From positions 672,001 through 736,000 of the forward strand of contig CAXXLF010000001.1 in the NCBI GenBank assembly GCA_963664015.2: a stretch of DNA of 64,000 bases, in the 5' to 3' direction. The stretch's first letter is position 1. Each line of letters starts with the position of its first letter. Made by a program: the position numbers and the translations under genes. This DNA is from Candidatus Binatia bacterium. GTDB lineage: Bacteria; Desulfobacterota; Binatia; UBA9968; CAXXLF01. This document shows positions 20,194-29,910 of the stretch, piece after piece. The notes below the pieces were generated by a model. The model was not told where the DNA came from, made no database searches, and saw nothing but the letters and a program-made list of their open reading frames with translations.

Positions 20194-21924
20194 ATGTCTC
20201 GCGATAACGATAAAAAGCGCTTCCATGTCGTTCTGATCAAACCGTCCCGATATGACGACGATGGCTACGTGATCCGGTGGGCCAGAGCGGTTCTCATATC
20301 CAATTCACTCGCAGCCGTGAATGCGCTCACCGAGGATGCCATGGGCCAGCGGATACTGGGCCCCGACGTTGAAATTATACCCCACTGGTTCGATGAAACC
20401 GTCAAACGAATTCCAACGAAAAAGCTAGCTAAGCAGATTCAGACCTCGGGAGACAAGGCCATCATTTGCATGGTTGGCGTTCAATCCAATCAGTACCCCC
20501 GTGCCGTGGACCTCTGCCGTGAATTCACAGCCTACGGCCTCAAAACCATGATCGGGGGTTTCCACGTGAGCGGTTCCATAGAGATGCTTCCCGAGATACC
20601 CAAAGAAATTCAAAAGGCCATGGATGACGGCACCACCATTGTGGCCGGTGAGATAGAGCAACGTTGGAATGAACTGCTGACGGATGCCTACCATGGGACC
20701 CTGAAACCCTTGTACAATTTTTTGAAGGACAAGCCCCCATTGAACAACATTTCGCCCCCCTTCGCCCCCATTGAAAATCTCAAACATTTTTTACCGTGGC
20801 GCCAGTCTTCCTTTGACGCGGGACGGGGGTGCCCCTTTCAGTGCAGCTTTTGCACCATCATCAACGTTCAGGGTCGCACCATGCGAGCCCGTACGGCGGA
20901 CGACGTGGAGGCGCTTATCCGGAGGAACTTCTCTCAGGGCATACGCGAGTACTTTATTACGGACGACAACTTTGCCCGCAACCCCAATTGGGAGCAAATC
21001 GTCGATCGCATTATTGAATTGAAAGAGAAAGACAAGATTCGCATCTCTCTCATGATCCAGATCGACACGGTGGCACATCGCATCAAGCGGTTTACGGATA
21101 AGCTTGCTCGGGCCGGTTGCCGGCGCGTCTTTATCGGCATGGAGAGCGTCAACCCGGAGAACTTAAAGATCTCGGCAAAATATCAGAACCGTATCTCCGA
21201 ATACCGCAATATGCTCCAGGCATGGCGGGATCGGAACATCGTAACTTATGCCGGATATATTCTCGGTTTCCCTGGCGACACCTACGAATCCATCATGCGG
21301 GACGTAGAGTATCTAAAAAGAGAACTGCCCCTGGAATTTGCGGAGTTTTTCATTATGACCCCGTTGCCCGGCTCCAAGGATCACCAGCAGTTCGTAGCAA
21401 AGGGCATTCCCCTGGACGAGGACCTCAACAACTACGATACGAGCCATGCCTGCATGGACCACCCTAAAATGACCCGGGAAGAACTTCTGCGGGCCTATCG
21501 GGATGCCTGGAAATCTTTTTACAGCCGGGAACACATCGAAACGATCCTGAAACGCCGCAAGGACAAACGACGCAACAGGATGGTCTCGCACCTGCTCTGG
21601 TTCTGCAGCTCGGTTTTTATCGAGAACGTACATCCCCTTTTGGGTGGATTTTTCCGCCTAAAGGGAAGACATCAGCGCTCTCCCCGGTTTCCCCTCGAAT
21701 CGATTCCCGCCTATTACTGGCGAAGGACGCAAGACGTCTCCCTGTGGTTTGTCCGCATGGGTATGCTTATTGTTAAAATGCGCTGGATACTTCGTAAAGC
21801 AAACCGTGACGAGAATAAGGACTACACGGACGTAGCCATCAGTGAAGCTCCACCGCCCGTTCCCAACACCCAGCCTCGTCAGCCAAAGATTGAATTGGCC
21901 GATGCGGTGGAAACCCGTCAGTGA
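20194..21924 (+). CDS. Radical SAM protein with an N-terminal B12-binding-like domain
   Basis: LIKPSRYDDDGY, IGGFHVSG, GRGCPFQCSFC, ITDDNF, FIGMES motifs. Confidence 0.88.
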   Translation: MSRDNDKKRFHVVLIKPSRYDDDGYVIRWARAVLISNSLAAVNALTEDAMGQRILGPDVEIIPHWFDETVKRIPTKKLAKQIQTSGDKAIICMVGVQSNQYPRAVDLCREFTAYGLKTMIGGFHVSGSIEMLPEIPKEIQKAMDDGTTIVAGEIEQRWNELLTDAYHGTLKPLYNFLKDKPPLNNISPPFAPIENLKHFLPWRQSSFDAGRGCPFQCSFCTIINVQGRTMRARTADDVEALIRRNFSQGIREYFITDDNFARNPNWEQIVDRIIELKEKDKIRISLMIQIDTVAHRIKRFTDKLARAGCRRVFIGMESVNPENLKISAKYQNRISEYRNMLQAWRDRNIVTYAGYILGFPGDTYESIMRDVEYLKRELPLEFAEFFIMTPLPGSKDHQQFVAKGIPLDEDLNNYDTSHACMDHPKMTREELLRAYRDAWKSFYSREHIETILKRRKDKRRNRMVSHLLWFCSSVFIENVHPLLGGFFRLKGRHQRSPRFPLESIPAYYWRRTQDVSLWFVRMGMLIVKMRWILRKANRDENKDYTDVAISEAPPPVPNTQPRQPKIELADAVETRQ

Positions 21925-21990
21925 AGCCTCCACGGGCTTAGGCCCGTGGCATCCTTCCTTTCTTCGGCGCGGAATCCGCCGAAGCACCCC
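21921..21990 (+). mobile_element. Left-half copy of dispersed hairpin MITE
   Basis: gtgaagcctccacgggcttaggcccgtgg...cttcggcgcggaatccgccgaagcacc; overlaps the upstream TGA stop. Confidence 0.7.
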
Positions 21991-22043
21991 CTTTCCCTGC
22001 GATTCAAAATAATCGATCTCCCATCCTTTATTCCTTTCCCGTC

Positions 22044-22071
22044 TTGACAACCGATGCCTCGATGGGTTAAT
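22044..22071 (+). promoter_or_regulatory. Candidate promoter of the hydratase operon
   Basis: TTGACA-16 nt-GTTAAT upstream of ATG 22120. Confidence 0.35.
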
Positions 22072-22119
22072 CGGATCAAAATAGAAGTCAAACACAGATT
22101 TTTAAGGCAGTAAAAGTCA

Positions 22120-22383
22120 ATGGTGGATAAATTTTCTGTCGGCGCAATGGTCAGAATTAAGACCGATAATCCGGGAGATGTAAAAAGGGTTCCCCATTAC
22201 ATCAAGGGCAAAGTAGGAGTTGTTCAAAAGTTCCGCGGAATCATCGACAATCCCAGGGACCATCGCGATGAACGGCCTCCTCTCTACTCTGTTCTGTTCT
22301 CCCCGGCGGACATTTTCACCGAGAAGTCTGAAAATGACAAAGTCGTCGTAGATGTATTCGAAGATTGGATGATTCCCCAATAG
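22120..22383 (+). CDS. Nitrile hydratase beta C-terminal SH3-like subunit (ScnA-like)
   Basis: FSVGAMVRI...KRVPHYIKGKVGVV...PLYSVLF...DIF...D.VVVDVFEDWM; conserved Arg of RxPxY. Confidence 0.85.
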   Translation: MVDKFSVGAMVRIKTDNPGDVKRVPHYIKGKVGVVQKFRGIIDNPRDHRDERPPLYSVLFSPADIFTEKSENDKVVVDVFEDWMIPQ

Positions 22384-22394
22384 GAGATGGAACC

Positions 22395-23321
22395 ATGCCC
22401 GAACCCACATACCACCCCCATACCCATCCCCACGAGCCGATCAAGGAAATCGAGGAGCTTCCCGAGCATGTGATGAGGCTTCTCGCCCTCGGACAGTCCT
22501 TAGGAGAGAAAGGAATCACCGTGGTCCAAGACAGCCGATTTAAAGCGGACGAACTCAACGCCAAAGGGTTGACCCAGGGAGTTCCCTACTTTGAAAAAAG
22601 ATTCATGGCCATGCGAGCAGTCCTCTCGGGCAAAAAGGTCATCTCCGAGAGCGAATGGGAGGACAAAAGACAATATCTCCAAAGGGAGATCTCACAAAAA
22701 GGAGGGGCCCTCGGTTCTTTCGAGCTCGGGGTGATGGCACTGACCCGGTTGATCCTCAAAAAAGGGACCGTGACCCAGAGTACCTTGGATTTCAATTATG
22801 AGAAGATGAAAGCGCGGGTCCCCATGTCCGGCGCCAAGATCGTCGCCAAGGCCTGGGCCGACCCTGCGTTTAAGGCTCATCTTTTGAACAATGCCAAGAA
22901 AGCCATTATGGACTTTAACCCTGTGCTCCTGGAACCTAACAACGGGAAAACCATCGAGGCCTGGGATGTCACCCATCTCGAGGTTTTGGAAAACACGGAA
23001 AAGGTTCGAAACGTCGTCGTGTGCACCCTCTGCTCCTGCTATCCCATGGGCCTACTGGGACAGTCGCCCGAGTGGTACACCAAAGAAGACTACCGGACAA
23101 GAATCGTGAGGGAACCCCGAGCGGTACTGAAAGAATGGGGGACCCAAGTGGGAGCCGACGTCGAACTGAGGGTCTACGACAGCAGTGCTGACGTGCGCTA
23201 CCTGGTGGTTCCTACCCGGCCCCAGGGGACGGAAGCGCATTCGGAAGAGGAACTGGCCGATCTTGTTACGAGGGACAGCCTGATTGGCGTTGGGAACGCT
23301 TTGTCTTCTTATGGGAAATAA
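22395..23321 (+). CDS. Fused nitrile/thiocyanate hydratase: beta-N domain plus Co-type catalytic alpha (ScnB-ScnC-like fusion)
   Basis: Catalytic VCTLCSCYP, GAKIVAKAW.DP.FK, RYLVVPTRP, LVTRDSLIG; first ~100 aa resemble beta-N (PYFEKRF..M..VL..K.VISESE); His-rich N-terminus; GGAG RBS. Confidence 0.88.
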   Translation: MPEPTYHPHTHPHEPIKEIEELPEHVMRLLALGQSLGEKGITVVQDSRFKADELNAKGLTQGVPYFEKRFMAMRAVLSGKKVISESEWEDKRQYLQREISQKGGALGSFELGVMALTRLILKKGTVTQSTLDFNYEKMKARVPMSGAKIVAKAWADPAFKAHLLNNAKKAIMDFNPVLLEPNNGKTIEAWDVTHLEVLENTEKVRNVVVCTLCSCYPMGLLGQSPEWYTKEDYRTRIVREPRAVLKEWGTQVGADVELRVYDSSADVRYLVVPTRPQGTEAHSEEELADLVTRDSLIGVGNALSSYGK

Positions 23322-23336
23322 CTCTTTGGAGAATTT

Positions 23337-23522
23337 ATGGACACTCATGATGTTTCGATTGTACAACCGAAGGTGCTCCCGGTCCCATCCTGGCTCCCGG
23401 GAGTCCTCTCTTTTTTAATGGCTGGTGCGATAGTCCACCTCGCCCTTTTTTCAACCTACCCGCCTATCCACGACACGATGCACATAGTGAGGCACTCCTT
23501 GGCCATTGTTCCATGCCACTGA
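23337..23522 (+). CDS. CbtB-like cobalt transporter small subunit
   Basis: One TM helix followed by the HDTMH..RH....PCH C-terminus typical of CbtB; GGAG RBS. Confidence 0.72.
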   Translation: MDTHDVSIVQPKVLPVPSWLPGVLSFLMAGAIVHLALFSTYPPIHDTMHIVRHSLAIVPCH

Positions 23523-24448
23523 GACTTATTTTAGCATTGTTATGCCTGTCAGCCGTGGAGGTCGAGGCTTCTTCTAATCTACGACTGCTAATTGACCCGC
23601 CTTTGGAGACGGTGCGACCTAATCACGACGAGGCACATCTCACACTTCTCTCTGAGGGCAAGGGGGCCTCTTCAAAAACGGTTCGTTGGAATTTAATCGT
23701 AGAACTGCCACCGCCGGGAATTCTATTTTCAACGGATTTCCCCTGGATCGAAGGGAAAAGACTTCTTGATATCGAGTTTGTCACCGAGGGGGGGAAAGCC
23801 CAATGGAGTATGGTTTTTCCCATACGTGGGCGTTATGAAATCAGGGTTGAAACCGAAATCGAGGGTGAAGCCCCCGGACAGACCACTTTCCCACTGGTCA
23901 TCCGTGAAGACCCGGCACGCTTACTTTATCTGGTGTTATCGCTGGCCGGTGTATTTCTGCTTGGTTGTTTGATAGGCTGGGCGGTTCCTCGCTCGAGAGT
24001 TTTTCTTGCCGTATTGTTTTTTTCTCTTACAGGTGTTGCGGCTCAAGCTCAGTTGGACGTCAATCCTGAAAAAGTGGGAGAGATAACCCCAATGAACCTC
24101 GTTCTCCCCGATTCCCGCGCCACCGGGATAGACTTTTCCATAGTCAAAACGGAGGATCAGCAAAGGCTCTTTCATATCGAGGATGTCACGGTAATGGGGA
24201 AGACTACTTGGAACTATCACTTTTTTGACGGCTCGGTACACCGGATTAGAATGGCGATCCAGTACCCGGGCTTCACCGCGCGCCGAGTGGTTGAGAAGGA
24301 AACCCATGTGGAGGCGAGGCCCCCCCCCCGAACGGTGGTTCTAACGACCTATGGGATTTTTCTCTTACCCTTGATAGTCGGCTGGTTTGTGGGAAGAACG
24401 TTCAAGAAAAGTAAAAAAGGTCGGAAGATCCCCGTACCTTCTGTATAA
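23513..24448 (+). CDS. Hypothetical membrane protein (signal peptide, two beta-rich domains, TM helices)
   Basis: Overlaps the CbtB-like stop; hydrophobic segments mid-protein and at the C-terminus; FSTDFPWIEG segment. Confidence 0.75.
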   Translation: MPLRLILALLCLSAVEVEASSNLRLLIDPPLETVRPNHDEAHLTLLSEGKGASSKTVRWNLIVELPPPGILFSTDFPWIEGKRLLDIEFVTEGGKAQWSMVFPIRGRYEIRVETEIEGEAPGQTTFPLVIREDPARLLYLVLSLAGVFLLGCLIGWAVPRSRVFLAVLFFSLTGVAAQAQLDVNPEKVGEITPMNLVLPDSRATGIDFSIVKTEDQQRLFHIEDVTVMGKTTWNYHFFDGSVHRIRMAIQYPGFTARRVVEKETHVEARPPPRTVVLTTYGIFLLPLIVGWFVGRTFKKSKKGRKIPVPSV

Positions 24449-24521
24449 CCGTCTTTCTCATCTCAAATTATACAGACTTGCCCCTTCTATCTAACTAACC
24501 ACCCATACTAGCCGCGGACGG

Positions 24522-25550
24522 CTACGGCGACCCCCAAACTTTTGTGGCAACATCAACAACGAGCTTGAGCTTGCGCCACTGATTCTCCTCGGTAAGCAGG
24601 TTGCCTTCCATGACAGAGCCAAAACCACACTGAGGACTGAGGGCCAGGTTCTCTATCGGCACGTATTGGCTAGCCGCTTCAATCTGTCTTACCAGTTGAT
24701 CCTCCGATTCCAATCCCGGGACCTTGGTGCTCACCAGCCCCAAAACCACCGTTTTCCCTCTTGGCACGAACCGTAGCGGTTCAAAGGTACCGGCCCTTTC
24801 CGAATCGTATTCGAGCAGGAAGTTATAGACCTCGAGCTCGCCGAATATCTTCTCTGCTATGGCCTCGTACCCCCCTTCAGCAAACCACTGACTGTGGTTG
24901 TTGCCCCGGCACAGGTGAATAGCCGAGATAACACCTGAATCATGGAACCCATCCAAACATGCATTATCGGCGCGAACTGCCTGGTCCCATGCCTCGTCGG
25001 GATTCAAGCCCGTTTCTTGCTTCATGATGCTACGCCATTTGGGATCGATGTAATAACTGTAACGGGGTGCTTCAATTTGTATGTAACGAATATCCTCACT
25101 CACCAAAGAATGGATCTCATTCCTGATGATAGTCACGATGTCCCACAGAAGGGAGGAATGATCTGGATAAAACCAATTCGTGACACCTCTCTTGTAGTGG
25201 ATGGCGGGAAATTGATTTGGCGAGGGGAGCGTGATTTTGATGTCACCGGGGGATTGCCGTTTCATAAAGTCCAGTTCACAGTGGGTCAGTCGTCGGGTCT
25301 GTTTGATCCTACCGACAACGACCCCGGGGACGCTCCGCGCTTCCACCCCACCACTCCCATCGTCCGCCTGCCAGGAGCGGGGAACCGTTTCTTTCTCGTT
25401 AATCCCCTCAACAGAATCACTGAAGTCGCTCATAAAATTTCGGCGCCGGAACTCGCCATCGGTAAAAATTTGTAGGCCAAGCTCTTTTTGCCGCCCGAGT
25501 ACCCTAAGAATATGCCGATCTTCCAGCTCCCTCAGCTTCTGTGTAGGCAT
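24522..25550 (-). CDS. Cobalamin-independent methionine synthase II (MetE catalytic domain) family; 5' end probably truncated
   Basis: TDGEFRR, HLCRGN, LEYD, SPQCGF zinc motifs; upstream frame gives SPLRPKELLEA but lacks the usual HVG start. Confidence 0.8.
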   Translation of the reverse strand: MPTQKLRELEDRHILRVLGRQKELGLQIFTDGEFRRRNFMSDFSDSVEGINEKETVPRSWQADDGSGGVEARSVPGVVVGRIKQTRRLTHCELDFMKRQSPGDIKITLPSPNQFPAIHYKRGVTNWFYPDHSSLLWDIVTIIRNEIHSLVSEDIRYIQIEAPRYSYYIDPKWRSIMKQETGLNPDEAWDQAVRADNACLDGFHDSGVISAIHLCRGNNHSQWFAEGGYEAIAEKIFGELEVYNFLLEYDSERAGTFEPLRFVPRGKTVVLGLVSTKVPGLESEDQLVRQIEAASQYVPIENLALSPQCGFGSVMEGNLLTEENQWRKLKLVVDVATKVWGSP

Positions 25551-25619
25551 AGGGGTACCGCTGTGAGCTTCCAGCAGCTCTTTGGGTCTTAAAGGACTAT
25601 CTTGGCGACCCTTTCGGCC

Positions 25620-25770
25620 CGGGACCTGGACAGGGAATTGAACGAACCCAAGTATTAGCCGTTACCCACCGTGACCGTCAGGCTGGTCAGTGTCATTTCG
25701 GACAACATGCGCCATGCCGGCTAAATAGAATACCTAGCCGGCTTCATCCGTCACCAGGGCTGGTTCCCGG
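25620..25770 (+). pseudogene. DinB-family C-terminal remnant
   Basis: DLDRELNEPKY*PLPTVTVRLVSVISDNMRHAG*IEYLAG..GWF with two in-frame stops. Confidence 0.55.
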
Positions 25771-25811
25771 CGATGGCTCGTCGGAAACCCTAGAACAAAA
25801 GATCCCACATT

Positions 25812-26006
25812 ATGGAAACCCCAGACCGGCAATCCCTGATCCTGCTACTCAAGCAGGCCGGGATCGAACCCGATGACGATGATCTGGAGCGCTTCAGGCC
25901 GTTGATCGAGCAGTACCTGGAAGCGCTCGGGGAACTCCACTCCTTTGATGTAAGCGACGAAGAGATAGCGCCGACCTTTCGACCCCAATGGTCCGTGAAG
26001 AAATGA
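25812..26006 (+). CDS. Small GatC/AtzG-like amidase partner protein
   Basis: 64 aa, LLKQAGI...L.ELHSFDVSDEEIAPTF, directly upstream of an amidase. Confidence 0.6.
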   Translation: METPDRQSLILLLKQAGIEPDDDDLERFRPLIEQYLEALGELHSFDVSDEEIAPTFRPQWSVKK

Positions 26007-26013
26007 GGACACC

Positions 26014-27408
26014 ATGTCTCTAGCCCACAAACCAACCTTTCACTTGACCATCGACGAGGCACGGCACCTGATCAGGAGCAAGGCCCTCTCTCCCGTGGAG
26101 TTGACCCGGGGATTTCTCGACCGCATCGATTCCGTCGATGGAAAGCTCCATTCCTATCTCGCCGTCAGGGCCGAGGAAGCGCTAGCCGAGGCGCGGGTAG
26201 CGGAAGCCGAGATCCTCCAGGGCTATTATGGTGGGCCACTACATGGAATCCCAGTGGCCGTGAAAGACCAATACGACATCAGCGGCCTTCCCGCTGCCAT
26301 CAGGATGAAAGGACCCAACGAGTATAAGTCAACAGAGGACGCCACGACCGTTGCCAGGTTGAGGGGAGCGGGTGCGGTACTGTTGGGGAAGCTCATGATG
26401 AGTGGCCAACCGGGCAACCTGCCACAGACCTGTAATCCCTGGAACTTGGATTTTTCACCCGGGGGATCCCGTACCGGTCCTGGTGCGGCCACCGCCGCAG
26501 GGCTCTGTATGGCCTCGTTGGGTGAGGATACCGCCGGGTCCATTCGCAATCCGGCCTCGCTGTCAGGTCTGGTGGGATTTAAGCCCACCTACGGCCGCGT
26601 CAGCCGCCACGGGCTGGCCCCACTCAGTTGGTCTCTCGACCACTCGGGTCCCATGACATGGGTCGTTGAGGACATCGCCCACATGCTTCAGGTTATTGCG
26701 GGTTACGACCCCAAGGACCCAACCTCGATTCCAGCCCCCCTTCCCTACTACACAGCATCTCTCCGTGAGGACCTGAAGGGGTATGTTATCGGCATCCCAC
26801 TTAATTATATTGAAGAAACCAAGCCCCGCCTCGACCCGGAGATTCTCACCCTCGTGGATCGAGCCCTCATCGAGTTGGAATCTCTCGGGGCACGTTTGGA
26901 GAATGTCACCTTGCCCAGTCTCAAGGTCGCCACCCTTCCCAATGCGGTCATATACGCTAACGAGTTCTTTGCGGCTCATAGGAACGAGGTGGGCCGGCTA
27001 TTGAAGGCATCTGCAGCTTCGCGGCGAGCCAGATTGTATTTGGGCGCCCTTCCAAGCACCGCCGACTACATCCAGGCCCAACGGGTACGCAGTAGAGTCA
27101 AACGGGAATTCGCGGAGGCCTTCACAAAGATCGACATCCTGGCCCTCCCGGCTCAGCTCCAACCGGCCCCACGCCTCGAAGGAACGGACGCGCTGGCGAC
27201 TCTGTACAAGAACCTGAGACCGGACTTTGCCGGGCCTTTCAATCTGGCCAGGCTCCCGACCCTATGCCTTCCCTGCGGGTTAAACCATGCCCGGATGCCG
27301 GTGGCCCTACAGTTGGTGGCTAAACCGTTCGATAAGCCGACACTCCTCCGGGCGGGATACACCTACCAGCAGCATGCCAAACACTACGAGGAGCGCCCTC
27401 CGATCTGA
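26014..27408 (+). CDS. Amidase signature family protein
   Basis: GPLHGIPVAVKD, PGGSRTG, EDTAGSIRNPA, KPTYGRVS; Lys-Ser-Ser triad present. Confidence 0.9.
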   Translation: MSLAHKPTFHLTIDEARHLIRSKALSPVELTRGFLDRIDSVDGKLHSYLAVRAEEALAEARVAEAEILQGYYGGPLHGIPVAVKDQYDISGLPAAIRMKGPNEYKSTEDATTVARLRGAGAVLLGKLMMSGQPGNLPQTCNPWNLDFSPGGSRTGPGAATAAGLCMASLGEDTAGSIRNPASLSGLVGFKPTYGRVSRHGLAPLSWSLDHSGPMTWVVEDIAHMLQVIAGYDPKDPTSIPAPLPYYTASLREDLKGYVIGIPLNYIEETKPRLDPEILTLVDRALIELESLGARLENVTLPSLKVATLPNAVIYANEFFAAHRNEVGRLLKASAASRRARLYLGALPSTADYIQAQRVRSRVKREFAEAFTKIDILALPAQLQPAPRLEGTDALATLYKNLRPDFAGPFNLARLPTLCLPCGLNHARMPVALQLVAKPFDKPTLLRAGYTYQQHAKHYEERPPI

Positions 27409-27520
27409 GATCAAGCCATCGCCGCGGCCGAGTCCCGATCAAAACCACAGGTTCGATCTCTTGAGCCTACGCAGTACAGCTGCTAGATTAGAAATATTAG
27501 CGGTAAGGGAACGTAAAAAT

Positions 27521-27548
27521 GAGGGGGGGCCGGTGGGCCCTTTTTTTA
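27521..27548 (+). terminator. Candidate intrinsic terminator between the amidase and typA
   Basis: gagggggggcc-ggtg-ggccc followed by a T8 run. Confidence 0.4.
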
Positions 27549-27555
27549 TTCATTT

Positions 27556-29406
27556 ATGGCAGATCCAGACAATTTAAACCGACGCCAGGATATTCGTAAC
27601 ATTGCCATCATCGCTCATGTGGACCATGGCAAGACCACGCTGGTCGATGCCATGTTGCGCCAGGGGGGTATCTTCCGAGCTAACGAACAGTTGGTGGATC
27701 GAGTGATGGACTCCTCTGATCAGGAACGAGAGCGAGGGATCACCATCCTGGCCAAGAACACGGCTATCGAATACGGCAAGGTCAAGATCAATATCGTCGA
27801 CACCCCTGGTCATGCTGACTTCGGCGGCGAGGTAGAGCGAACTCTCGCCATGGTCGATGGGGTCATCCTCCTGGTCGATGCCTCCGAAGGGCCACTGCCG
27901 CAAACCCGGTTCGTTTTGAAAAAGGCCCTCGAGTTGGAACTGCCCCCCATCGTGTGCGTCAATAAAATCGACCGGCCCGACGCCCGTATCAGCGAGGTCC
28001 TGGACGAGATTTATGGTTTATTTATCGATCTGGATGCGACTGAAACCCAGCTCGATTTCCCCGTGGTCTACACCAATGCTCGTGCCGGTACCGCCACTCG
28101 GGAGCTGAAAAACAGCTCATCCAAGCTGGGACCATTGTTCGACCTGATCATTGAGGCGCTCCCAGGCCCACAGGTCAATGTTGACGCAGCCACCCAGTTC
28201 CAGGTCAATAACCTGGACTACAACGAGTACGTAGGACGCCTGGGGATTGGGCGCATCAGCAACGGTTCCCTCACCATCGGCGGGCTCTACACCCTCTGTC
28301 GCAATGACGGGTCCCAGCTCCCCATCAAGATATCTCAGCTATACGGATGGCATGGCCTGAAGCGTATCGATCTCGATAGCGCCGAGGCGGGAGATATTGT
28401 TGCCGTCGCCGGTATCGAGGACATTTATATTGGAGACACCGTCGCAGACCGGGAGCACCCAAAACCCCTTCCGGTCATTCGCGTGGAAGAGCCGACGATT
28501 GCCATGATCTTTAGCGTTAACACGTCTCCCTGGAGCGGCCGCGAGGGAGATTTCGTCACTTCCCGGAAACTACGCGAACGCCTGATGCTCGAGCAACGTC
28601 GCAATGTAAGCTTGCGCATCGAGGATACGAACTCACCGGACTCGCTGCAGGTCACGGGCCGTGGGGAGTTGCAGCTGGCAGTTGTGATCGAAACCATGCG
28701 CCGGGAGGGGTATGAGCTGGCCGTGTCCCGACCCTCCGTCGTCACACGAAAAATTAACAACGTCATGCACGAGCCAATCGAACTCTTGTTGATCGACGTC
28801 CCCGAAACCTATGTGGGCGTTGTCACCCAGCTCCTGGGAATGCGACGGGGTAAAATGACCAAGATGGTCAACTCGGGGTCTGGACGCGTCAATCTCGAGT
28901 TCACCGTCCCATCACGTGGATTAATCGGTTTTCGATCTCGCTTCGTGATGGATACGCGGGGGACGGGTATCATGAATACGCTATTTGATGGCTGGGCTCG
29001 ATGGCATGGCCCGATACCGGACCGCAGCAACGGTGCTATCGTATCGGACCGTGAGGGGAAGGCTACCTCCTATTCGGTTTTTCACTTGCAGGAACGGGGG
29101 ACCCTTTTTATTCCACCTGGAATACAGGTCTATGAGGGAATGGTTATCGGTGAGTACTCACGTGATACGGACCTCAATGTGAATATCTGCCGCGAGAAAA
29201 AACTGACGAACGTCCGGGCCTCGGGCACTGACGAGGCCGTTCTCATCACACCGCACCGGGAAATAGGACTGGAAAGTGGCATCGAATGGATCGGTGATGA
29301 CGAGTTGGTCGAGGTGACTCCCCAATCTATTCGGCTGCGTAAGACCGTCCTGAAGCAGGCTGACCGTCGCAGCAACAGAGGGGCCAATAACTCAAAACTT
29401 GATTAA
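27556..29406 (+). CDS. typA: Translational GTPase TypA/BipA
   Basis: [46 protein letters not shown] motifs. Confidence 0.98.
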   Translation: MADPDNLNRRQDIRNIAIIAHVDHGKTTLVDAMLRQGGIFRANEQLVDRVMDSSDQERERGITILAKNTAIEYGKVKINIVDTPGHADFGGEVERTLAMVDGVILLVDASEGPLPQTRFVLKKALELELPPIVCVNKIDRPDARISEVLDEIYGLFIDLDATETQLDFPVVYTNARAGTATRELKNSSSKLGPLFDLIIEALPGPQVNVDAATQFQVNNLDYNEYVGRLGIGRISNGSLTIGGLYTLCRNDGSQLPIKISQLYGWHGLKRIDLDSAEAGDIVAVAGIEDIYIGDTVADREHPKPLPVIRVEEPTIAMIFSVNTSPWSGREGDFVTSRKLRERLMLEQRRNVSLRIEDTNSPDSLQVTGRGELQLAVVIETMRREGYELAVSRPSVVTRKINNVMHEPIELLLIDVPETYVGVVTQLLGMRRGKMTKMVNSGSGRVNLEFTVPSRGLIGFRSRFVMDTRGTGIMNTLFDGWARWHGPIPDRSNGAIVSDREGKATSYSVFHLQERGTLFIPPGIQVYEGMVIGEYSRDTDLNVNICREKKLTNVRASGTDEAVLITPHREIGLESGIEWIGDDELVEVTPQSIRLRKTVLKQADRRSNRGANNSKLD

Positions 29407-29428
29407 CCGAGAGGGCGGTGACCGTTTC

Positions 29429-29881
29429 TTAGGCTTGCCCCAGTAGCTCTCTAACTAATTGGCTGATACGGGTCGCGGCTGCTCGACCGGCGAGTTGCTT
29501 AGTCAAGAGCCCCATGACCTTACCCATTTCCTTGATAGACGCTGCACCGGTCTCGGTGATGGCCTCCTGGACAGCTTGGCGCAGCTCATCATCGTCCATC
29601 TGGGCTGGTAGACAATCCTGGACAATTAGAATTTCCTCTCGCTCCTTGTCCGCGAGCTCCTGCCGACCTCCTTTGACGTATTGCTCAGCGGCCTCCTCGC
29701 GCTTCTTGACCATGGACTGGAGCAGTTTGAGGATATCCTCTTCGCCGATCTCCTTACCGTGCTCCTTATCTTTGTAAAGAATCTCGGAACGAATCATCCG
29801 GATGGTCGACAGCTTGAGTACTGCCTTTGCTCGCATCGCCGTTTTGAGATCGTCGTTCAACCGCTCTCGTATTCCCGCCAT
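29429..29881 (-). CDS. GatB/YqeY domain protein
   Basis: DLKTAMRA...KKREEA.EQY..GGR.ELA..E..E; MGKVMG. Confidence 0.93.
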   Translation of the reverse strand: MAGIRERLNDDLKTAMRAKAVLKLSTIRMIRSEILYKDKEHGKEIGEEDILKLLQSMVKKREEAAEQYVKGGRQELADKEREEILIVQDCLPAQMDDDELRQAVQEAITETGAASIKEMGKVMGLLTKQLAGRAAATRISQLVRELLGQA

Positions 29882-29910
29882 GTGCCCGCCTCAACCCTTC
29901 TCTGTCATCG

